A stretch of 64,000 nt of DNA from Macrostomum lignano. Its lineage: Eukaryota. The position numbers were made by a program, and so were the translations under genes. This document shows, one piece after another, positions 1-10,400 of the stretch (its first letter is position 1; the number at the start of each line of letters is the position of its first letter). The stretch lies in NCBI GenBank assembly GCA_002269645.1, contig NIVC01000416.1:186001-250000 (forward strand). The letters are read 5' to 3'. Under the pieces are notes generated by a model, which saw nothing but the letters and a program-made list of their open reading frames with translations, ran no database searches and was not told the origin of the DNA.

Positions 1-3000
1 CATCCGCGGTAGCGTTGTGCGACTGAGCGCCTTCATCAAGGCGTGATGCAGACGCAGAGCGCGATTTCAACTTTTTCGAAGCCTCAGACTGGTCGAGCTC
101 AGGAGAACGAAATTCGACCTCGGGCTCCTAGGAAGTTAGAGAATAAAAAGACAAGTCAACGTCGGAAGCTTAAATTCAAAACCGCTGCAGTGTATCCGTG
201 TGACCCTCAAACAGACTGAGAGAGCTGCTTCAGTTGTGTCTGTAGGTTAGGTGGACCACCTTCTCTACAGCACTACTAGGCGATAATCTGAGTCGGAATG
301 CCTAGAGACCATTCATTTACACAGTGCAGACATTCTGATCTCATGATGGACCAGCTCGCTTTCTAAGAATCTGTTCTGATTGCATTCCAAGAAACGGAAA
401 CATTCCCGCACTAAACTTTCAAGACAGCTCTGACAGCCAAGGCCCCAAACAGACTGAGAGAGCTGCTTCAGTTGTGTCTGTAGGTTAGGTGGACCACCTT
501 TTAAGAGCTTCTCTACAGCAATTGAGTTGCAGCTAGCTACTTTGAGATCATCAAGCGAAACTCACTTTTCTGGACTCGGTGTCGACGTATTTGCGAGTAG
601 ACCGACGATTTTCACCAGGCGATGCGGCCTTCTTCGAGGCTGGAGTAGCGCCTGCATCCGCGGTAGCGTTGTGCAACTGAGAGCCTTCATCAAGGCGTGA
701 TGCAGACGCAGAGCGCGATTTCAACTTTTTCGAAGCCTCAGACTGGTCGAGCTCAGGAGAACGAAATTCGACCTCGGGCTCCTAGGAAGTTAGAGAATAA
801 AAAGACAAGTCAACGTCGGAAGCTTAAATTCAAAACCGCTGCCGTGTATCCGTGTGACCCTCAAACAGACTGAGAGAGCTGCTTCAGTTGTGTCTGTAGG
901 TTAGGTGGACCACCTTCCAAGAGTCAAAGCCCCAAACAGACTGAGAGAGCTGCTTCAGTTGTGTCTGTAGGTTAGGTGGACCACCTTCCAAGAGTCAAAG
1001 CCCCAAACAGACTGAGAGAGCTGCTTTAGTTGTGTCTGTAGGTTAGGTGGACCACCTTTTAAGAGTCAAAGCCCCAAACAGACTGAGAGAGCTGCTTCAG
1101 TTGTGTCTGTAGGTTAGGTGGACCACCGTATAAAAGTCAAAGCCCCAAACAGACTGAGAAAGCTGCTTCAGTTGTGTCTGTAGGTTAGGTGGACCACCTT
1201 CCAAGAGTCAAAGCCCCAAACAGACTGAGAAAGCTGCTTCAGTTGTGTCTGTAGGTTAGGTGGACCACCTTATAAGAGTCAAAGCCCCAAACAGACTGAG
1301 AGAGCTGCTTCAGTTGTGTCTGTAGGTTAGGTGGACCACCTTTTAAGAGCTTCTCTACAGCAATTGAGTTGCAGCTAGCTACTTTGAGATCATCAAGCGA
1401 AACTCACTTTTCTGGACTCGGTGTCGACGTATTTGCGAGTAGACCGACGATTTTCACCAGGCGATGCGGCCTTCTTCGAGGCTGGAGTAGCGCCTGCATC
1501 CGCGGTAGCGTTGTGCAACTGAGAGCCTTCATCAAGGCGTGATGCAGACGCAGAGCGCGATTTCGACTTTTTCGAAGCGTCAGACTGGTCGAGCTCAGGA
1601 GAATGAAATTCGAACTCAGGCTCCTAGGATGTTAGAGAATAAAAAGACAAGTCAACGTCGGAAGCTTAAATTCAAAACCGCTGCCGTGTATCCGTGTGAC
1701 TAGGGATGTCGATTCCCCGGGGAATATTCTTATCGGGGACCCGGGGAATTTACTGTCATTCCCGGGGACCCCGGGGAAAATTAAAAATAAGTTAAAAACG
1801 GCGAATAACTTTGGCTTAGATCTTAAATGGCATTTTAAACTTTGATTTTAGCTTTAGACTACATGTTCAAGGCGCAAGGGTAAAAACTAAACAATCTCTA
1901 CCTATAAAAATGAAAACTCTGTCTGCGTGTGTGTCTGTGTACAAATTACTTTGCTATGGACTCCCAAGTCCCAAACCGCTCAACCAAATTACGATAACTT
2001 TTGCACCCGCCCTAAATTTACTACGGAGAATGTCTTAGGCTACCTTAAAATTTCCTAAACTCAAGTCTTCCTACCTAAAAGTGCAAAAACTGCTCAAAAT
2101 GCGCGATTTTTTACTAAATCCTCCATAGCGCCGCTCCACTTCTACCGATCCTTTCAACCGTGTAAAATTTCAAGTCTCAAAGTTAATCCTGAAAGGCGCT
2201 GTGCACTTTTAAAATTAACTGTTTTTTCAGCGAGGCAACCACCCCAACCTCCGCCCGCCTGCCTCTCTTTCCCGATCTGGGCAAAGGAGTGTAAATAGGT
2301 TTAAAATGACTAACTTTCGGCTGTCATAAGCTTGCTCCACGTGAAGCGATTGACTTCAAATTTGACGCAATTCTTTATTGACTCATTCTCTATCTAAATG
2401 TAAAGTCTCAACTCTGTATCTCAATCAGGACAGAAACTGTAAGCATGTGAAGTTTGTCTGCTTTTTCTGTTGTTTGTGCCGCTCACTCATTCCACCAGCC
2501 CAGACCCCCAGACGAAGGGTCAGGCGATTGGGCTTAATGTACATAGCGAATGTACAGTGTTTTGGAATAACTTTTTAATAGCCTTCTCTGTACCCCGCGA
2601 GTGGAGAGGCGCAGAGAGGAGAGACAGTTTAGCCAGAGATTCAAAACACTGTCCTCTGTATAGACAAGTCTTCAGGCTCAGTTATAACAGTAGATGGCAA
2701 ATCAAGAGTCAAGACAACGTGGGATGGTTTGTAAAAATAGCGAAAAATTAATGAATAACTGATTACAATGCAATCCTACTAAATTAGTTAGTTACAGCAT
2801 GAAGCTTTTAACATTAAAATTCGCATAAGATCACTTTAAAATTTAAATGGCTCCTAAGAAATGCCTATATCCCTTGGTTGTAGTAGGGATGTCGACCCCG
2901 GGGAGCTTGTGTTTATTTAAAACTGTATTTGACAACGTGGCATCATCAAATCGTGCGTGCACCTTTGTCAGAAGGAGTCCAGACTGTGGTGTGGAGGCGG

Positions 3001-4875
3001 AAAATGCATGCTCAGCAGCTACGCTCGTGGGAGGATAATTAATGAATGAGACCGTTTTTATAATCAAAATTTTTATTTCTAGCAGACATTGTCCTTGTCT
3101 AATAGGGAGCATTTTGTTATTGTATGACACCCCCATGCGTCCGCAGGACGCAGCGCTGTGCCTGCGTCAAATTCCGTCAAGCCGTCAACGCAGACCAACA
3201 CAGTAGTCAGTAAAGCTTCTTTTTCCTGACGGGTTTTTAGGTGAAATTTGCTTGATTGAAGGACTCGTAGTGAAAAAACATTCAAACGTGTGTTGCGTTT
3301 GAAATTTTACATTGAGATAAGCAGTTATGCGGTAAGAAAAGCATAGACAGAGTTTCAATCAGCTCTCTGTGAATTATTTTCTTATTTTAATGGCAAAAAT
3401 TAGGTTAAAAATGCATTTTTCTCCCCGGGGTCCCCGGTTCAATTCCCCGGGGAATATTCCCCGACAAGCTCCCCGGGGCCCCGGGGAGCACTCCCCGGGG
3501 TCGACATCCCTACGTGTGACCCTCAAACAGACTGAGAGAGCTGCTCCAGTTGTGTTTGTAGGTTAGGTGGACCACCTTCTCTACAGCACTACTAGGCGAT
3601 AATCTGAGTCGGAATGCCTAGAGACCATTCATTTACACAGTGCAGACATTCTGATCTCATGGTGGACCAGCTCGCTTTCTAAGAATCTGTTCTGATTGCA
3701 TTCCAAGAAACGGAAACATTCCCGCACTAAACTTTCAAGACAGCTCTGAGAGCCAAGGCCCCAAACAGACTGAGAAAGCTGCTTCAGTTGTGTCTGTAGG
3801 TTAGGTGGACCACCTTCCAAGATTCAAAGCCCCAAACAGACTGAGAGAGCTGCTTCAGTTGTGTCTGTAGGTTAGGTGGACCACCTTATAAAAGTCAAAG
3901 CCCCAAACAGACTGAGAAAGCTGCTTCAGTTGTGTCTGTAGGTTAGGTGGACCACCTTCCAAGATTCAAAGCCCCAAACAGACTGAGAGAGCTGCTTCAG
4001 TTGTGTCTGTAGGTTAGGTGGACCAGCTTCTCTACAGCAATTGAGTTGCAGCTAGCTACTTTGAGATCATCAAGCGAAACTCACTTTTCTGGACTCGGTG
4101 TCGACGGATTTGCCAGTAGACCGACGATTTTCACCAGGCGATGCGGCCTTCTTCGAGGCTGGAGTAGCGCCTGCATCCGCGGTAGCGTTGTGCGACTGAG
4201 CGCCTTCATCAAGGCGTGATGCAGAGCGCGAACGGCTTCGCGATTTCCGCCCTCTTTTTGAGGCACCAGTGCGTTCGATTTGGCGGGAACGAAATTCGAC
4301 CTCAGGCTCCTAGGAAGTTAGAGAATAAAAAGACAAGTCAAAGTCGGAAGCTTAAATTCAAAACCGCTGCAGTGTATCCGTGTGACCCTCAAACAGACTG
4401 AGAGAGCTGCTTCAGTTGTGTTTGTAGGTTAGGTGGACCACCTTCTCTACAGCACTACTAGGCGATAATCTGAGTCGGAATGCCTAGAGGCCATTCATTT
4501 ACACAGTGCAGACATTCTGATCTCATGGTGGACCAGCTCGCTTTCTAAGAATCTGTTCTGATTGCATTCCAAGAAACGTAAGCATTCCTGCACTAAACTT
4601 TCAAGACAGCTCTGTGAGCCAAAGCCCCAAACAGACTGAGAGAGCTGCTTCAGTTGTGTCTGTAGGTTAGATAGGCCTTGCAATTAGCTATTTTGAGATC
4701 ATCAAACGAAACTCACTTTTCTGGACTCGGTGTCGATGGTTTTGCGAGCAGACTGTCGGTTTTCACCAGGCGATGCGGCCTTCTTCGATTTTGCAGTGGC
4801 TTTTTGCGTCGCAGTTTTTTTAGGTTTTACCTTAGGCTTAGGCTTGGCGTCCTTTTTGTTTTTTTTTCGGGTCAT
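1..4875 (-). CDS. Spliced gene for a K/R/S/E-rich low-complexity repeat protein made of duplicated exons (3' end outside window)
   Basis: Exons read on the minus strand: 4875-4717 (ATG in ACAATG context, MTRKKNKKDAKPKPKVKPKK...SRK, 53 codons), 4309-4085 (75 codons), 1623-1408 (72), 781-566 (72), 127-<1. Every internal exon starts after a ...TTTTATTCTCTAAC(T/A)TCCTAG acceptor, every complete exon ends at AGAAAA|GTGAGT, all junctions are phase 0, and there are no stops. Not in the ORF track because it requires splicing. Confidence 0.72.
128..4716. repeat. Intronic 71-bp tandem unit (AAACAGACTGAGAGAGCTGCTTCAGTTGTGTCTGTAGGTTAGGTGGACCACC...) in variable copy number, plus a ~230-bp module, inside exon-intron macro-repeats
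   Basis: Period of 71 bp seen directly (TTAGGTGGAC at 901 and 972). About 7 copies in 782-1407, 4 copies in ~3764-4030, and isolated copies in the other introns. Confidence 0.9.
1701..3512. mobile_element. Non-autonomous hAT-superfamily DNA transposon (composite)
   Basis: TIRs TAGGGATGTCGA (1701-1712) and TCGACATCCCTA (3501-3512); perfect 8-bp TSD CGTGTGAC at 1693-1700 and 3513-3520; subterminal CCCCGGGG repeats; no transposase ORF. Confidence 0.9.
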
Positions 4876-5162
4876 TGTATCTTGCTTGGCACAATAAATT
4901 TATCTATAGATGAAACTTAGAGTATGGAAAATAATGTTAGACCTAATAAGTGTGAATAGAATCAGTTCTAATTTATAAAACTGTCTGTGTGTGGTCTAAC
5001 TACGCCATGGTTTACGGGGACCACCCGCTTAGACATTATATATCCCTCTCTCTACAGTCTTACCTTCAGAACCCTTGCGGGTTTCCTATTGGCTGAGGTC
5101 GGTCCCATCGTTGGGGTTGATCTTTCCTCCTAAGTGTTAACCAGCCAATTATAGAAAGGGAG

Positions 5163-6327
5163 GTCTGTCTGTCTGTCTGTTCTAACCCTATACTCCTGCA
5201 CATGTGTTTACGTGGACCAAACAGACAGTTAGTGTTAGGCCGACTGTTAATGCGTTCTTAGTTTTACTGGGACCGCAATCAAGTCGATCTTTTGCTAGAG
5301 ATTCAGAGACCCAATTTCTAGCTAAAAGGCCCTTCTTAATTGCGTCCTCTTGATTTTGCATGTACATGTATGAATGGCCCTTTTCAATTAGGTAAATTGC
5401 ATCTTCAACTTTGCACTTAAAAGGCTGCAGCTTAGGATCTTCTTCTTCAAGATATCCCATAGTGTTTGCGATAGAGTTGGCAAGCACTTAATTTATGAAG
5501 TTGCTATTAATTTTTTCTTGTGTAATGGTAGAGCCTCAGAAATTTTCATTTACACAGTGTGGCTATCAAGGACCACTGGGAGTTCTTGAGAAGTCATTGA
5601 AGAATATTGTTTAAGCTTCACTTAAATATCTTTCTTGTCTCGGAGTCTTTATCGCTTGATCTGGTTAGTAAATTGGATTTCTTTACATTGGTGTCTTACT
5701 CTGTGAGTCTCTGCTCAGAGTACGATACCGGAATTGCTGGAACTGAGCTAATTAAATGGAGTTTAAAGTTTACTATATAAAATTCATTTCGCATACGAGG
5801 TTGTCAGAATTTTAAATTAACCTGCGTACCTACTTGAATGTCAAAGAATTTTAACGCATATTGTTTTAAGGCCAGTGGCGGTCATAATATGATGTTAACA
5901 TAGCCATTTGTTCGTAAGGTAATGATATGTAAAAAAATTCAGTTTTGCATCGAATCTATGCTTAATAACTGCTATACACAAACAGACACAAACAGACACA
6001 AACAGACACAAACAGACGATTTTCGAAAAATTTTCTGAAATTTTTCGGTTTACGTGGACCAGACTCGCTCGGTTTAGGTAGACCAGGCTGGAGGTCCAGC
6101 TAAACTGAAATGCGAATAACTTTGGAAAAAACCATGCTAGACATTCCAAAATTGCTAGAGCCCTTCTTGACCCGCCTGACATTAATTTGAGATCCTCATC
6201 AACGTCTTAACCCCACCAGAGACAAAATTATTTGGTGGTCCACCTAAGTGGTCTACCTACACCGGGTGGTCCAGCTAACGAGGCTACTGAACTTCCAAAA
6301 AGTCCACGTAAACACACAGACAGTAGA

Positions 6328-6414
<87 letters not shown>

Positions 6415-6416
6415 GT
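5163..6416. mobile_element. Inverted pair of (GTCT)n / TGTTTACGTGGAC-containing element ends
   Basis: GTCTGTCTGTTCTA...TGTGTTTACGTGGAC (5163-5217) is inverted relative to GTCCACGTAAACACA...TAGAACAGACAGAC (6302-6416). Family assignment is uncertain. Confidence 0.4.
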
Positions 6417-7005
6417 CGGACTCGAGCTCTCGCTTTCACACAACACACAAGATTGTCCCGCTGCGACTTATGACGAGTGCAAATATCTCATTGAACTGTG
6501 CGCACTTTACTATGATGCTTCCAAGTATTTCCCTCCCCCGAGACCGACCGGCTACGAGCGATAGACAGAATCGAAGGAAGAAGAAGAGACGAGCCCCTCG
6601 GATGGGTTCTGCACGATCAATCCGATCGGTCGGCAAGCAAAAAGCAAAGCTGCCATCAGCAAATCTGGATGCCGTCAAGAAATGAATGAGAGAGAAGACG
6701 AGTGGTCCCCTCTCCAAACTTCTGCTAGGCACCGCTTCTCAATATTCGTCTTTCTTGACACTCCGAATAATAAATCGATGAGAACTCTGTCTTGTCTGAT
6801 CAAGAAATGGAAAAATGGGACCGAACGCGGATGACAGCCTGATAGCAATAAATTACCAGTGGCTAGTAAAGCTGACTCAGTGACTTTCATGACTTTCTAA
6901 ATTACCAGACCGAATCAGTAGGGGTAGCAAAGTGATTTTTCACGTATTTTTCATTCGGCTGCTCAAAATTTGGATTTGGCTCTATTAGGCTACCGAGTAT
7001 TTAGA

Positions 7006-7206
7006 TTAGGATTGAAGGGTTAGGATTGAAGGGTTAGGGTTGAAGGGTTAGTGTTGAAGGGTTAGGGTTGAAGGGTTAGGGTTGAAGGGTTAAGGTTGTA
7101 GAGTTGGGTTGAAAGGTTAGGGTTGAAGGGTTAGGGTTGAAGGGTTAAGGTTGTAGAGTTGGGTTGAAAGGTTAGGGTTGTAGGGTTAGGGTTGAAGGGT
7201 TAGGAT
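7006..7206 (+). repeat. 14-bp TTAGGGTTGAAGGG tandem repeat (telomere-like, G-rich)
   Basis: Direct reading; most units contain TTAGGG. Confidence 0.85.
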
Positions 7207-7458
7207 CTTAGAAATTCCCCCAGTAAGCCTTGACATCTGAGCAGTTAAACTCGAGCCTTGAGAGCTCAGCAATTCCCCCTAGCCTTGCTGACAATTACGA
7301 AGCTTAGTCGACTGAGACAAAACAGCAACGGTCACAGAGGGTATTGTCGAATATTTCTTTAAAATCTACTAAAGACTGCTTAGGGCAAAGCAAGTTCAAA
7401 AGAGAAGTTCACACAAATATCAACCGCTTGATGTAGCTTCAGCATCCGTTGGCCTCAC

Positions 7459-10400
7459 CTTAGACGTCGGCAGTATGATGTAAACGATGCAGATTAGCGG
7501 CAGCAGCGGTGCGGCGATGAGGGAGAGGCCGACTTTCTTGGCGAGCGTCCAGGACTGCAGGAAAGCGGTCTCGGAGCCGTACCAGATGCTGGTGAGGTAC
7601 TGCTGGCAGTTGGCGTGCGCCACGAACTGTGTGGCGAAGGAAGGAGGTTGGTTAGGCCAGTAGCAAACGTGTTAGAACAGAGATTGGCACGTCCGGTATG
7701 TCTTAATTTGCCTAAAGAAAGCTTCAAGCCTCAGATAGATCCTCAGCTTCCACAGCTTAATCATGTCTGGTGGGTTAGCATAATCTTACGGCTATATTAG
7801 GATAAATTGTAAAGTGTACAGCCAAGATAGACAAGAACTTTTGGAAGCTGCTCTGCAAATGTTCTGCCACGTCAACCTGGAGCTGAAATCCACGATAATG
7901 GAGTCCTCGTATTCTAATCTTGAAAGTACATTTTAAGGAAAAATTAGGCCTTCCAATTTTTTCGAGGAAAAGAAGCAGCATCCCATGCTTCTACTTGCCC
8001 CAGAGCATGACTTTTGTTGATTGAACTCAAGTTAGTAAGTAGCTAATCAAGTGGGTCAACTCAAATTTAGTGCAGCTTCTCTACAGTATATGCCTGCTAG
8101 TTCCCGGATGAAAAATTTAAATTGCTAACTCAAGTAATGAGGCAAGCTAAATTGAAGAATCTAATACCCTATGGGTTTTCAAGTAATGGAGTAGTCGTAG
8201 GCTATTAAATAAAAATGATTGCCCTATCGTGTCCGTTGCATTGACAACTGCGGTTGAAGGCCGCTGCAGGACATTCGGTTTTCTTAGAAATGGGCTGGAG
8301 GCCGGTAGGAAACGCGTGTTTGTTGTATCGCCAGTGCATTGGGGTATTGGGGTATGCTCTGGAGAACGGGAAGGGGAAGGGAAGGTTGGGTCGAAGGTGA
8401 AGGTGGAGGTGAAGGGGAACGTGAACGTGAATGTGAAGGTGTAGGGGAAGGTGATGTGAATTCACACACTGAACAAGTTAATAAAGTGTCACCTTCTTCT
8501 CCTGGTACCGAATCGCCATCCTAAGCCGACCCAGAGGATCCCGAACGTTCGCTCCGCAGACTTCAGTCTCCAAATTGTCGGAGATGACGGCTTCAACCTC
8601 CTGGGTGCCGCGGCAAAGGTCCATCATTTCGCAGGCAAAGTTCATGCACTGCTCGACTAAGGTCAGGTATTCGGTCTGGAAAAATACACGTCGAAGGAAT
8701 GCATAATTGTTGCGGAAACTTTTATCATCATCCCCTAATTTGATCGTTTAAAGTGCATTTTTTGTTTATAAACAAACGAACTTTAGGGAAATCGTTGAAA
8801 CAGATTCTATTAAAATTGCACTATAAAGCGTCGTTCTTATAATCCTTTGAAACTAATGTTGGCGTGAAAATAGAGGAAAAGAGTCGGAGGATAATTAGGC
8901 AGGAACATGAGAAGAAGTCAGAGAGCAAAGCGGCTGAGTAGTCAAGGCTTGGATTCTAAGGTTGGTAGCTTTTAAAAGTGTGCACACACTAGAAAAGAGC
9001 AGCAGCCAGAGGGCCTGGGACGACACGAGAGAAAGCCAAGGGTCAGTGTAATTTGCTTAGGCCACTCGGGCGTGCGGACCGAGCGAGGCGGCTAGCGGAA
9101 CAAGGAAAAGACGGAGGGACCGGCAGTTGTCAAGTATAGGGATTTAGCCCGGGTGGCTAAATTAGGTTACCACCGGCTGGGGCAGGGGAGACACTTGGGG
9201 AGGGGGGAGTCGCTCGGATGAAAAGCTCCTGACTGACGGAACCGAGAAGATCAAAGCTCAAAGTCCAGTCGCCGCCTGTTTGTAACTTATTATTATATAT
9301 CTACTAGGCCTAGCTTAATACTACTTCACTACGATCGCTTTTTTCAATAATAAACAATCTGGTTTGCACCCAGCCACCATGGAATATTCTCGAAACCAGA
9401 CGATGCACTTTAGTTTGTAATAAGGCGCTGAGGGCTTTTTGGACAGTACAGAAAGATATCAAAGAGGCAGTCAACCTGTCAGCCTAATTTGCAGGGCTGC
9501 GGACTCTCTGGCGCAATGCCTTCGGCGAAATTCTGTACATTCCACTGACTCCTGACATTCAGTACGGCCTATTTTGCGTGGGTACGCACTCATACACATG
9601 CTCTTTCTAATCGTCATCATCTCACGACAACCCACGACCAAATGAATTTGGTCGCTCACGGAATCGAACCTACTCACTTTGAATTCCTTCTCCACCTCAG
9701 CTAGCTTCATCATCTCCTGACGCAGCTCAAACGTGGTCATGATGGGGTCCGGGCTGCTCAGCGCCATGTAAGCCGGACTAGCGAGAGCTCTGTAGGCATT
9801 CAGCCGAGACCGGGACCGTTTCAGCGAGTCGTAGTTCTGCTTAATCTGGCAGTCCTCGCACAGGCAGGTGATCACGTGCGGTTTCTCGATAGTGTGGTTG
9901 CGCGCGAGGAACATCTGGATGATCTCGTGGTTGTTGTAGTGGGCGGACAGGATCAGCGGAGTGATGTCCGGCGAGAACTGCGATTTCTCTTCCGTGCTGT
10001 GTGGGAATATTGGAAAAATAATGCAGGGAAGTTTAAAATTCGTCCATAAATGATTGACTGCTTATTAAAGGATAAAATGGTTATACATTTACTGGTGTAG
10101 CAATTCTTCCCATTTCGCTGACTCCTGAGCATGCGACTACGCAGGCACACCACGCTCACGTGTCACGTGGATTAAGAATTAAGCATTGAAAGGGATTCGC
10201 TGTGAAAGATTTGGCATAAAATTTTATTAAGCACAGATTAAACTAGCTAATAAATAAATTTTAGAAGTTAAGCATTCGTACTTTAAAACTTCACTACCGT
10301 ATTCTCTTAAACTAATTTGTCCTTATGTATTGGAAAGAGAATTAGTTCGAGACTCTCCAAAATGCTTAGTCTCAACCGCTTCGTCTGTCTGTCTCCAATC

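Noticed and set aside
860-1340. CRISPR-like appearance of regularly spaced repeats with a variable segment
   Set aside because: The variable part is only ~7 nt within a 71-bp tandem unit, there are no unique spacers or cas genes, and the context is a eukaryotic intron.
6436-6732. Minus ORF with LERGPLVFSLIHFL as a possible TRPC S1-S2 exon
   Set aside because: Only a superficial RGP similarity; lacks the expected P-F/Y-x-K-F pre-S1 and W-x-E-x-K motifs and clear splice sites.
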